Positions 32,775 to 45,853 are shown, numbered from the stretch's first letter. The stretch: DNA of 64,000 nucleotides from the human T2T-CHM13v2.0 reference genome, Homo sapiens (GCF_009914755.1 NC_060927.1); one strand, 5' to 3'. Numbers and translations: made by a program. The notes: generated from the sequence alone by a model not told the origin.

Positions 32775-34865
32775 ACAGCTGCTTCATCCCTGAAGTCTGA
32801 TCTCAGTACACAATACCGGTCATTAGCTATCTCTCCCTTAGCCTGCAGTACAAGTAGCTAATTTCTGCATTTAAACTAATAAAGGAAAGGAAAAAAAAAT
32901 TAAAACCATCCAATCAGAAATGATGTAACTCCTCTAGAGCAGCAGCTTATGCATACATTTGGAATGTTAAACATTTTCAGTGTAGTGAATCATACACAGC
33001 GCATTTTAATCTACCTCCTGGGTATTTCACATCGCCCACATGTTCAAAGAAATCATCAACTAATAGGGCTGTATAAATCCTAGATTGCTCTTTATTTAAC
33101 TTATACTAAAAACTGGGGACATGCCTTCAATTCTGAACTCTTAAACAGAACAAAATTACTTAAATGACACTCCGGCTAACAGCAAATAATCTGCATTTTG
33201 AAAGAAAAAAGATAAAAAGTAGTACATTTGTGAGAAGTTTTAGGAGCTGTTAATAACTTTAGATAAACCAGTATTTCACATATACCACAAAATTAAATAA
33301 TGCACACTGCAACATGAAATGAGACACCAACTAAGATAAAATTCTAGTAATTTTTTTTTTTACTAATTATAACCCCCAAAAGTATTCACAACCGCAAACA
33401 GCCAACAGAATTAGACATTTATAGAAACATACTGTATCAAATACTTGGGGTAGTTATTTCACTGTTCAATATATTCATTCTGCAAATTTTCAAGTGTTGT
33501 GAGATAGTAATTTATATTTGTTGTAAATAGTTAATATATCAGAAAGCTTCAACTTGGATTTCTCAAGCAAAAAATATTATTTTAAAGAAAAGTATACAAA
33601 TTTAGAATACCTTATTGAAAACCAATTGGTTACACGTTACATCTTTCCCAATAGAGGAAAGAACTAGCTTAATATTACACATGAAACTGCAAATCATAAC
33701 TCACCTTTTTTAAATTAAAAAAAAAACAGGATTTAAGTAATTTTCTCATATGCCACAGAGATTATTTGCAAACAAAAGTTATTCTGTTGCTTACTTAAAA
33801 TAAAACATATCTGGAAATGTGGCACACAATTTTTAAAAATCCCTTCAGCAACACATCTAAGTATTTATAAAATTAGGGTAGTTTGTTTTAAAATCTACTC
33901 AATCCTGACAAAAATCAGGTGGTTAAACTATTGACTGATAAACTGTAAAGGTGGTCATCAAAAACTTCATTGAACAGCTCCAGTCCAGCTACTTAATGAC
34001 TAATGGTGAAGAAATGTATGTGAATGGGATATAAACTAAGTTTCGACACACAGCAGAAGAAAAAAATTTAGAATGAGTAATAAAGGGCCCAAATTTAAAG
34101 TCCACAATAAACTTTAAACAAAGATGTTTTCTCTTCTCTTCTCATGTTAGCAAATCACTGTGGAGAAATCCAACCTCCACAAAACTTGTTACTCCGTCAT
34201 TAACAACAGTGCACTTAAATATAACTATAGATTTCACAAGGGTATTTATTTTAGCCGCAAACATTTCTTACAAGCAACAACAACAAAATGCTCAGAAGCT
34301 ATACTCAGTAGTCTCAGTGACTGAAAAAGTCCGGCTTTTAACTGCCATCCAATCCAAACAACCCACTTCTTTAGAAAGCTATGCAAAATATTGACCCCTT
34401 ACTGAATTATTTTACTATTCAACATTAAACTATCTAAAAGAGAAAAGTAATTAATCGCTAAGTTTAGTTAAGCAATTTAGCTGACATAGTAAATATTTAC
34501 TCTTCACATCTCACAGGAAGTCTTGACAAGCATTTGCTGCTATTCTGCTGGGGGTAGGGGCGGGAGGTGGGGGTGGGAGGCAATTTTTGATAAACAAGTT
34601 ACAGGGTCCCAGCGAACTGAACATAGCTGGTGTTCGCCACCCCGACCCCCAATTAGGCACCAGATATTTTCCAAGAACAGTAAACACCTTATATAATGAA
34701 AGTAAAAAAAAAAAAAGTAGCTTTCTAAACTATGTATCTCCACTAACAAAACAAACAAAAGCCCCTTTAAAAACTACCAAGAGCACGTTTTTTAAAGCTG
34801 TGTGTACGTTTTTTACTTATACGTAAGGCCAATCGCAAAAAAAAAACTAAGCAAAGTATATTTAC

Positions 34866-34926
34866 CTTAGCTTTTTAGAGACTGAGTAATCAACTTCCAT
34901 GATTTTCCCATGCAATTCCACTTTAC
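34866..34926 (-). CDS. IGF2BP2: IGF2BP2 coding exon 2
   Basis: Acceptor tttctgttttaaag|, 61 nt continuing the frame (G)[19 protein letters not shown](R), donor AAG|GTAAAT; contains Met69 at 34898-34900. Confidence 0.97.
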
Positions 34927-35743
34927 CTTTAAAACAGAAATTAAAGCACTCAGAACCTTGCTTAGATCAAGCCCGCGGGGGTCTAGGGGGGGCACGCACG
35001 GAACTCCACGCTCGGGCTCCGCCTTCGGGCGCCCCCAAGGGGTCTCCTACCCGGATCGAGCTGGGCGAACTTGGTTCCCAGTAGAAAGAAAGGTGGGCGC
35101 CCCGTGTCTCGGGACAAGGCGAGGAGGGTGCGAGCCCTGGTCGGACCCCAGGTATAGCCGTGGGTGGCATTACCGGAAAAACAAATTTAATAAAGAGCGG
35201 CGCCAATTTGAAAGGATGAGCTCATTTGAAACTCAAGCTGCAGGGCTGGCGCGGCCCCGCTGCTCTCCCGGCCCCCACCTCTCCATTCCGCTAATCCGGG
35301 GCCCGAAGGCTCCACCGGGCTCCCCTCCCTGCCCTCTCCTCCCGGTGGCCCCGAGAAAACGAGCCGAAGCCCCCCGGAGTCCGCCGCAGCGACAGCCCTG
35401 TCCCTGCCCGCTCCTGGGTGTCACCTTGGCCTCGCCGCCGCCCCGCCCCCACTCCACACGCCGGTGGGGAAGGGGCTCCCGCCGGGCCGGGGTTCGGGGG
35501 GCGCCGGCCGGGGCCCGGGGGCCCGCGCGGCTGGGAGCGGAGCGTGTGCTGGGGAGAGTTGGGGAGTGCGCGCGCGCGAGTGTGTGTGTGTGTCGCTCTC
35601 CGTCTCCTGTCTGGGCTCCAGCGCGCTCGCGGGCCCCCCGGTCGCCTCTTTCCCGGTTCTCAACCCTGGCCCCCACCGAGTTGAGACAGGGCACCTCGTA
35701 AAAAGGTGCTTCTGGCCGAGCGGGAGGCGGGGGGACGGGCGGC

Positions 35744-35805
35744 GGAAAGCCCCCAGCCCCGAGTTCTTCTCAATAAAATCGGACAAAAAATTCAGAGAAA
35801 AATAG
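35744..35805. promoter_or_regulatory. NF-kB site next to an AT-rich patch in intron 1
   Basis: GGAAAGCCCC (reverse complement GGGGCTTTCC, fits GGGRNYYYCC) at 35744-35753, followed by AATAAAAT...AAAAAATT...AAAAAT inside GC-rich DNA. Confidence 0.6.
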
Positions 35806-36495
35806 GAGCGCTTGAGAGAGCAAGCGAGAGGGGACTGAGGTTCGGGAAAGGACCGAGGGGATGTGCCGTCGTGCGAGGGCTGGGGCTGGGGGAGCCCCGA
35901 GATCTCGAAGGGGGTCACCAGGGTGGCGCCGAGGGGGTGCCAAAAGTGGGGGGCCGTGGGGCGAGGTGGGGAGGGGGCTCGAAAGGAGAGTGCGGCTCAG
36001 GAGACGCCAGAGGGCGAGAGGTTCTGGGCACGAGGCACTGGAAGAGAGAAGGTCCGGCCGGGGGAGGAGGAAGAGACGCTGGATTTGGGGAAGGGGGGAC
36101 CCTGACAAAGGGGGTGACAGGAAGGTCAGGGGAGAAGTGAGACAGGGGACGCTCAAAGGGTGGGGGGCGGGGAAGCTCAGAGCAGCCCGGGGCGCCAGGC
36201 GAACGAGGGGTGCCCCTAAGGAGCCGGCGAGCCTCGGGAGCCTTCGGAGCGGCACGGGGGGCGCCCCAAGGCTGCGGCCCCGAGGGCGAGGGCAGAGTCC
36301 AGAGCTGTGGGGGGAGGGGAGCGGGCCGTCCCAGGAGCGGGCCGGCGGCGAGAGTTGAGGGTCTGGTGCGTGGAAGTGAGCGTGCGGGCGCGGGAGCCGC
36401 CGCCGGGCGCCGCCCGCCGGACTCGGCCTCCCTCCCGGCGCCGTCCCGGCCTGAGCGGGGCGAGGCGGGGGGAGGGGGCCGCGCTGAGTGCTCAC

Positions 36496-36673
36496 CCGAG
36501 AGGGTCTCGATGGCGCGGATGGCCCAGTTCTGGTCGGGGTAGTCCACGAAGGCGTAGCCGGACTTCAGCAGGACCTGTCCCGCCAGGGGCAGCTTCCTGT
36601 CCCCAAAGAGCTGCCGGAGGTCGTCGGCGGTGACGGCGGGGCTCAGGTTCCCGATGTAAAGCTTGTTCATCAT
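36496..36673 (-). CDS. IGF2BP2: IGF2BP2 coding exon 1 (RRM1 N-terminal part)
   Basis: Translates [60 protein letters not shown], the IGF2BP2 N-terminus with RNP2 (LYIGNL) and RNP1 (KSGYAFVDY); 178 nt; donor CGG|GTGAGC, intron starts at 36495. Confidence 0.98.
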
Positions 36674-36900
36674 CCGTCTCTTCCCCGAGAGCCCGCGGCT
36701 CCCCCGGCCCGGTACCCGGCGCTCCTCGCCTCCTCCGCTGCCCTCGTCTCTCCTCCTCCTCCGCCCCCCCTCCCCGCCCTCCGCCCGCCCGCCACCCACC
36801 CCCACCCTCAGCCTGGCTCCCCCCACCGCGGCCGGCCCGGCCCGCCCGGGGGCAGAGGCGGAGGCGGGGACTCGGCGCGGCTGCCTCCTCGGGGCAGAGT
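36674..36900 (-). promoter_or_regulatory. IGF2BP2 5'UTR / TATA-less core promoter with GC boxes and G-runs
   Basis: Minus strand GGGTGGGGGTGGGTGGCGGGCGGGCGGAGGGCGGGGAGGGGGGGCGG at 36761-36807 (Sp/KLF boxes, G4-capable); exact TSS cannot be read from sequence. Confidence 0.7.
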
Positions 36901-38629
36901 CCCGGGCCGGGCGGCGGCGCGCGGACAAAGCGCTCTCTCTGCCTCCCTCTCTCTCCCTCTCAAGGCGGTGGCGGGAGGAGGAGCAGCGGCGGGCGGCGGC
37001 AGCGCACCCCGCGTGTGTCTGTGTGAGAGTTTGTACGGGCGTGTGCGCAGCCGAGAGGGAGCGAGCGAGCGCCCCCTCCCCGCCCCGCGCCGCTGCGCCC
37101 CTCGCCTCGCGCCCACCGCGCTCGGCAGTGGCTGCTCGGGCTCCGGCCCCGCGCCAGGCGGGCGGAAGCGGGTCGCGGCCCCGGGCTGGGGCTCCGGGCG
37201 CCGGAACCCCGGGCGGGCGCGGCGCCGAGGCCGGGCGAGCGGCGGGGCGGGGAAGGCGCGCCCCGGGCGCGGGTGGGAGCGCGCGAGGGGGCGACGGGGA
37301 GCCGCGGGCGTGGGAGGGAGAGGGGCTGCGAGTGAGCGCGGAGAGGGGTGTGCGCAAGGTGGACCGGATGTGAGTGCGCTGCTGCCAGGGCAAGCGGGAA
37401 GGTGTGTCCCGGAGGTGAGAGGCGAGGGCAGGCTGGGAGACAACAACTTTCGCAGCGACTTGGCCGGGGCTGGCGCCCTGCGCGTTCCCGGGCCGTGCGC
37501 TCGCTCTGAGACCCGCTCCCCGCCACGCTCTCTGAGGTGACCGAGCGGCGCGTGTGGTCGAAGGATCGCGCGCGGGAGTCGGGACGCCTAGGACCGGGGT
37601 TGGCCGGGCCCTCGCGGACCGTGCTCGCGGGGAAGTGGTTCCCGGTCCCGGGCCTCAGTTTCCCGACCGGGGAGGGAAGGCGGAAGGCCAGCGCGGAGTC
37701 ACGTCCTCTCCGCCCAGACCCCGCGTGTCCGGAACCCCGCGGCAGGCGGCAGCCTGACGTTGGCAGCTGCTCTCTATTCTGGGAAGTGCCGAGGGCTTCC
37801 CGGGCGGCGGCGGCGAAAGCCAGGTGGCGGGTGGGGAAACGAACGCCGAGGGGCCAGGGACTGCGGCGAGGCCGGAGCGCTGGGGTCAGCGGCCGGGGGA
37901 CGGATGGTCGCCGCCCGGCTGCGCGGCCGGTTCAGCTCCAAAGCCAGGGTGGTGGGAGGCGAGGGTGGCTGGAAGCGGAGGAGCGCAGGCTGTGTAGGAG
38001 TTCCCCGAGCACTGGGAAGGGCCCGGAGAGGAAAGAGGTCCTTCCAAGCGGAGGAAACAACGTGACCGACGGAAGAGGCAGGGTTGGGATGAGAGCAGGC
38101 TGGAGCCGAGGGGCTCGGGCAGGAGCCAGACAGGCTAGAGCGGGCTGCAAGTTCCGGGGCCCGGCTGGAAGCCTGATGGTTAGAGCCTGGTCCCAGCCAG
38201 GAAATGAAATTCTACAGGAGGGAGAAGAATGGCAGGATTCAGAGGTGAGGAGGCAGAAGAAGATTCCAAGCTCTGGACCTCTGGGGGCCACTGGGAGAGT
38301 TGAAGGTTTGATCGCGGATATGTTGGGTTTTGTGAAGGCGTTGGGGCGCGGGTGCGGGGAGTGTCCTTGGGTGGAGAAGTCACGAATGTAGGAATGGAAC
38401 AAGTTCGGGTCTCCTGACTGGGTCGTGAAGTAGTATTGTCTTTCCCAAGCTTTCCTGTTGATGAGCGGCGTGGAGAGAATGGGGCTTGCTGGATTTTGTA
38501 TTTTCCGCAAGTACTCCCAGGTGATTCTGGTCTGGTAAACACTGTTGGAGTGGAAGGCCTATCTGCCCCGGACTCAGACCTTCTCTCTGCCCCCATCTTT
38601 GTGCCCTGAGATGTTCCAGCATTCTCGAG

Positions 38630-38750
38630 CCTAAGTTTCTTCATCTATAAGGAGATAAAATAACCAGTCCTCGCAGGGCTGTTGTGAGGGCTACAAGAAG
38701 GATAACTGCCTAGCGTGTTGAGACATGGGTGGTCAGACACTTAATGCCTG
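38630..38750 (+). mobile_element. MIR fragment
   Basis: AGTTTCTTCATCTATAA...CTCGCAGGGCTGTTGTGAGG core. Confidence 0.6.
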
Positions 38751-39358
38751 TTTCTCTTCTTTCCCCCAGGAATTCATGAACTTTTAAAATACTTTATTCT
38801 ACAGAAGGAGATCTTCTTAACTAATTAGGTATCCAGAGGAGAAAGTAATGAATCCATTTTCACCTAGATATTTGCAGTTATTTGAATTCTGGCTTTTGTC
38901 TCAAGTATTCACATATTTTTTTCTCTCTCTAGAAAAAGAATCGGATTTTACTGCTCCAGGAGTTGAGAATGAACTTGGTTACTAATCCCCAAAGTAATAG
39001 ATAAACTAGGTGTGGATGCTTCTTTACTAAATTGTATCAGAGAATCACAAATGAACATGACTTGTGCATGCATAAACCTCAGCAGACTGAACTAACCATC
39101 TTTAGATTATTTACACATGTGCTCCTAATTGATATGGTCACCTTTATATTATAGGACAGCATATTTGCTTATTATTCACAGGTACATGTAAAGGAGAAAC
39201 GAGAGTGGCAGGAATAGTTGGCCTCATTCCTCTCCAACAGGTCAGAAAAACTTGTTGTTGTTGTTGTTGTTGTGTAGCATTTTAGATACATCAATTATTT
39301 GGTCTTACTGTGAGACGAAAAACACATTAGACAATGTACAGATTCTTGGCAGAGGTGG

Positions 39359-39717
39359 TGTATCAGTCCATTTTCATACTGCTCTGAAGAAATGCCCAAG
39401 ACTGGGTAATTTATAAAGAAAAAGAGGCTTAATGGACTCAGTTCCACACGGCCCAGGAGGCCTCCTCATAGCGGAAGGTGAAGGAGGAGCAAAGGCACAT
39501 CTTACATGGGGGCAGGCAAGAGCACGTGTGCAGGGGAACTGCCCTTTATAAAACCATCAGATTTCGTGATACTTATTCACTATTGCAAGAACAGCATGGG
39601 AAAAACCCACCCGCATGATTCAGTTACCTCCCACCGGGTCCCGCCCATGACATGTGGGAATTATGGGAGTTACGTTTCAAAATGAGATTTGCGTGAGGAC
39701 ACAGCCGAACCCTATCA
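39359..39717 (-). mobile_element. THE1 solo LTR (THE1C-like)
   Basis: TG...CA ends, 5-bp TSD GGTGG, THE1 consensus in reverse (GACTGGGTAATTTATAAAGAAAAAGAGG). Confidence 0.93.
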
Positions 39718-40463
39718 GGTGGCTTCTGGTGAACTCTTCTTACCCTGCTTCACCAAGTCACTTTGAAATTTTTTTTTTCAGAGAAATAATTGCTCTTTGC
39801 TGCAGTTGTCAGCTGTCCTGCTGGAATTTTGGAAACAGCAGGGCTGCAGAAGGAGGGCTTGAACTGTAAGTGTGATGGAGGGCATGCTTCCACTACACCC
39901 CTGGTTTGCAGCATCTACAGTGCCTTATCTTAGAATGCAGAGTTATTTTTCACATGATAGAGAAGGGGTTGGGGACCTTTGAAGACAATAGGGGACAGCC
40001 TCCAAGTGCAAAGTCAGAAATTCAGAGGCCTTGCTCCTGCCAGGCAAAACTTATTTTCTACCTGTTTTCTCTCGAGTTCCCCTACTTATCCCTCCCCCAG
40101 AGAGCTGAAACAGAGACCATCTTGATTGATCTAGACTTGGTTTACACCTGATAAGCCAAGATTTTATGAATGTTTAACAGAGGTCAGAAATTTGGAGAAA
40201 ATCTTATAGTAGGCATATTACCTTTTAAAGCATGAATTAACTAATGTTTTCCTCAAGAGTTTCAAAGGCAGTACAGATCCTCATTGTTTCCCAGCGATTC
40301 TTTTGGGCAAGACAGTGATAAGGTGGCTGGGACAAGCTTTCTTAATCCTTCTTTTCAGGTAAGAAAACTGAAGCTCAGGAAAGTATAATTTTTTCTTAAT
40401 CACATGGAGGGCCTGAAACACACCTGGAAAAAACATTTTAGTCTAACAACAAAGAGTTCATAA

Positions 40464-40722
<259 letters not shown>

Positions 40723-40938
40723 TGAACCTACAAAGCTATAGCGGAATGTTTTTTTGCTCAACTGATAATGTAGTCAGTATAACCAGTGTCTCTAGATAAT
40801 GTGAGAAGTTGAAAGAGAAAGTGAAGCCTATTTGCTGGAAGGCTGAGGCAAAGCCAACATTTGGAGGTAATTCTTAGAAGGTCCTGCACCTGCCTGTGCA
40901 TCAGGAATGATTTGGTAGTAGGGTAATGTCCCTTAGAC

Positions 40939-41265
40939 CAGTAGTCCCCAACCATTTTGGCACCAGGGACCGGTTTCATGGAAGACTATTTTTCCACAGA
41001 CAGGTTGGGGGGTGGTTTCAGGATGAAACTTCTTCACCTCAAATCATCAGGCATTAGTTAGATTCTCATAGGGAGCATGCAACCTATCCTCACATGCGCA
41101 GTTCAAAATAAGGTTCAAGTTCCGATGAGAATCTGATGCCACCGCTGATCTGACAGGAGGTGGAGCTCAGGCAGTAATGCTTGCCTGCTCCTCACCTCCT
41201 GCTGTGTAGCCGGGTTCCTAACAGGCCACAGTACCAGTCCGTGGCACCAAGGTTGGGGACCCCTG
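40939..41265. mobile_element. MER1B-like non-autonomous hAT transposon
   Basis: TIRs CAGTAGTCCCCAACC / GGTTGGGGACCCCTG and 8-bp TSD CCTTAGAC. Confidence 0.92.
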
Positions 41266-41879
41266 CCTTAGACACCTTTTCTTGAGTTAGCATAAGATAA
41301 TTGCCTTATGCCAGTTACTTCATCTATTTGAGCTTCAGATTCCTCATTTGTAAACTAGCCCAATTGTTTCCTCACTATAAACTCTAGCCTACCTCCCCCT
41401 GCAGTTTCATATTATGCAAATGCTAGGTCATTTCAGAATTCCGTCTTTTTGCACATTTGTTCTCTTTCCCTGGAATGCATTTCTTCCCCTGGTAAACTCC
41501 TGTCTTCCCCTGACTTGGCCCCATGATACACACAGCACTTCATACAGATAAAAAATATTTTGTCTAGTGATAGTTGTACAACTGTGAATATATTAAAAAC
41601 CATTGAAGTGTATTTTAAGTGAGTAAATTTTACGGTATGTGAGTTATATCTGAATTTTTAAACATGGAGGATGGAGGGAAGCCTTCCCTACTACATGGTG
41701 GGTTTCTGGAGGAATAAGATCTTCTCATTTTCCTGTTAGAATTTCCTTTGGCCCGTATGAAACCTGGTCCATAATAAAGGCTCGGGTAATATTGTTGAAT
41801 AAACAATGACCATCTGAGGTTTGCTCTAAGGGATTAAATGAAGATGTATGTGATGGTATTTATCTTGCACAATCCCCTT

Positions 41880-43170
41880 GTTGAATTCATTTATTCATGG
41901 CACTGTGTAGTGCTAAGCACTGAGGATACAGAATAAATAAACATCATCCTGATCTCAAGGAATTTATGGTCAGTGGAGGAGGCAGATATATAAACAGACC
42001 ATAGCATGGCATTAGAGGTGCCACAGTAGACTTTGTGAGCATACAAGATAGAGCATCCCATTCAGCCCAGTGTTGGGGAAGGGAACATCAGGAAAGAATT
42101 GATTTTGGTTTTGAAGGATAATTAGGGATTTACTAGAATACAAGACGTAAGAGAGGAAATACATCCTAGGCAGAAAGAATAGCATATGCAAAGGCACAGA
42201 CACACAAAGTATCTGTTCCACATTTGAAATCCAATCCAAATGTTAACTCAGAAATGTTTGAGAACAAGACAGAAGAAATAATGCAAAACAAAAAAGATTC
42301 TCAGAATCAAAGACATGGATCTCCAGATCAAAGAGTTTGCAGAAGGCCCAGCAAAATGAATGATAGAAGATCTAAAAATCACATCATCATGAAATTCTGA
42401 ACTCAAATTATAAAAGCATCTGGACAAAATAGGTCGCATACAAAGGAGTTGGAACAGGAATGAGAATGTATTTTCCTAAAACAGGAAACTAGGGAGTCAA
42501 TAGAGCAATGCCTTTAAAACTGAGTGGAAATTATCTTCAATCTAGAATTCTAAACCTAGTGAGACCATCAGTTTAAAAAGATACGCAAGAATTCAGACAT
42601 GCCCATTTTGGGGAAGCTACTGGGAGATAAGTGCCAGCAAAACCATGGAAGAAGATTACATGGGATTTGGGAAATAAGGAATCCAACATGGTAGACTCTG
42701 AATTTAAAAATCCAGAATGCCTGCAATGCAGCCATCCCACGAGCAACCAGCACAGATTGGAACAAGAGGATAGATGGCTCAGAATGAGGTCTTCAAGGAA
42801 CAACAACAAAATGGAACTCATTTCTGTGAGTGCATAATGATTATTTCTGATAGGATAGCAGACATGTTGGAGCATTTGGAAAAAATTAATCACAAGTATA
42901 TGGAAAGCCAGACAAGTGGGAAAACAAGGAAATCATTAACTGAAGGAAAAATACGTGGTCATACAAGAAAGGAGCAATGGTCATAGGCTCAACAGTGAAA
43001 ATGTTTGTACAGTCATAGTGTAAACACTGATGTATTATCCAAGCTGCATAAAGAGATCTTATAAATCAATTAGAAAAAGACAACCATTGGAAAAACGAGC
43101 AAAGTGTATGAATGGGCTAATTCACAGAAGATGAAACTCAAGCTCAACTCATGAGTAATTGGGGAAATTA
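41880..43170. mobile_element. Ancient L2 and L1M remnants
   Basis: ATTCATTTATTCA...GCACTGAGGATACA (L2 3' end, reversed) followed by A-rich degenerate L1-like sequence. Confidence 0.55.
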
Positions 43171-43182
43171 AAACTATTCACT

Positions 43183-43475
43183 GGCTGGGCATGGTGGCTC
43201 ATGCCTGTAATTCCAGCACTTTGGGAGCCTGAAGCAGGAGGGACTGCTCGAGGCCAGGAGTTCAAGACCAACCTGGTCAATGAAGTAAGACCCAGTCTCT
43301 ACAAAAAAAAAAAAAATTAAAAATTAGCAGAGTGTGGTAGTACATACCTGTAGTCCTAGCCATTCAGGAGGCTGAGGCAAGAGGATTCCTTGAGTCCAAA
43401 AGGTTCAGGCTACAGTGAGCTATGATCATGCCACTGCACTCCAGTTTAGGTGACAGAGCGATACCCTGTCATTTA
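43183..43475 (+). mobile_element. Alu (AluJ-like)
   Basis: Dimeric Alu. Confidence 0.88.
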
Positions 43476-44185
43476 TACATACATATGTACATAAAATCAA
43501 ATTGACAAAAATCTTAAAATTCTGATGGTTCAAGGGTCTTAGTGAGGGTATGGAGCATCAGAAACAGTCATCCACTGCTGGCAAGAGTATACACAGGTAC
43601 AATTACTCTGAAGAGTAATTTGTCAGTATCTAGCAAAGCTGAAGATACAGGCCCTGAGTACGGCCTGGCAGTCTTTCTCCAAGATGGTTATTTCTTATCT
43701 CACTTTCAGCTTCTAATTGATCATCTCCACCCAGGGTCTCAGCTGATAACCCTGCTTTCTATTTCACTGAGAGACTAGAAGCAAGCAGAAAAGCACTTCA
43801 AATATTTGCCCACATACTTGCATCTGTGCCCATAGACTCCATATTTCTTAAATTATAATGGATGACTATGCATGATTTAGAAGAGAGGTAAAAACTGATG
43901 ACTCCAGAGAAAATAAACATCCACACCCTTTGTGGAAGAAACATATATGACCATTCATTGTAGCACTGTGATGGTGAAAAATTTAAATGTCCATCAACAA
44001 TAAAACTGGTACATTGTGGCATAGCTATAAATTGACTACTATATATTGAGTCAAAGGGGACACATGTTTATTCATTTTCTCTGGAATCATTACTGTTTCC
44101 TCACTTCTGGATGAAATAAAATAGGCAACGTGTCAACATTAACCACCTAAACAAAAACAAACATATGCTAAGTGAAAAGTTATAG

Positions 44186-45023
<838 letters not shown>

Positions 45024-45303
45024 TAAAAGTAGGTGGCAGGTACATGGATGTTTAGTTACATTTTTATTACTTCGAGACAGAGGTTAATTCTTGTCAGATG
45101 TGCATTATAATCACCAAGAAAACCTTCAAAAATACAGATTCCCAAGACCTACCATGAGAACTCCTGAATCAGAATTTTCAGGGTAGAAGCCCACGAATCT
45201 ATTTTTCTTTTGTTTTGTTTTACAGTACGTTCTTAATATGCTTACCCAGAATCTACATTTAAAAAAAAAGTATATGTGTGTGTATATATACACAATAATA
45301 TTA

Positions 45304-45738
<435 letters not shown>

Positions 45739-45853
45739 CTATTCCCAGTACAATGATAAAAACCAGTAAATAAACATTGATACTGTAATCTGCAGACTCT
45801 TCAAATTTCAAATTTTATGAATTGTGTCAATATTATTGCAAAAGAAAATCCCA

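Larger units (their letters stand above)
34970..38350. promoter_or_regulatory. CpG island covering the IGF2BP2 promoter, exon 1 and intron 1
   Basis: Very GC-rich with undepleted CpG; sharp transition to AT-rich DNA at ~34970. Confidence 0.95.

Noticed and set aside
35915-37393. 492-aa ORF in frame with IGF2BP2 exon 1 (apparent N-terminal extension and intron read-through)
   Set aside because: Non-ATG start and low-complexity R/A/P/G composition, as expected from stop-poor GC-rich DNA. As I recall, reported TSSs lie close to the ATG. Only 36496-36673 is coding
34899-38644. Many long overlapping ORFs on both strands in the CpG island
   Set aside because: Stop-codon depletion at high GC; no recognisable domains
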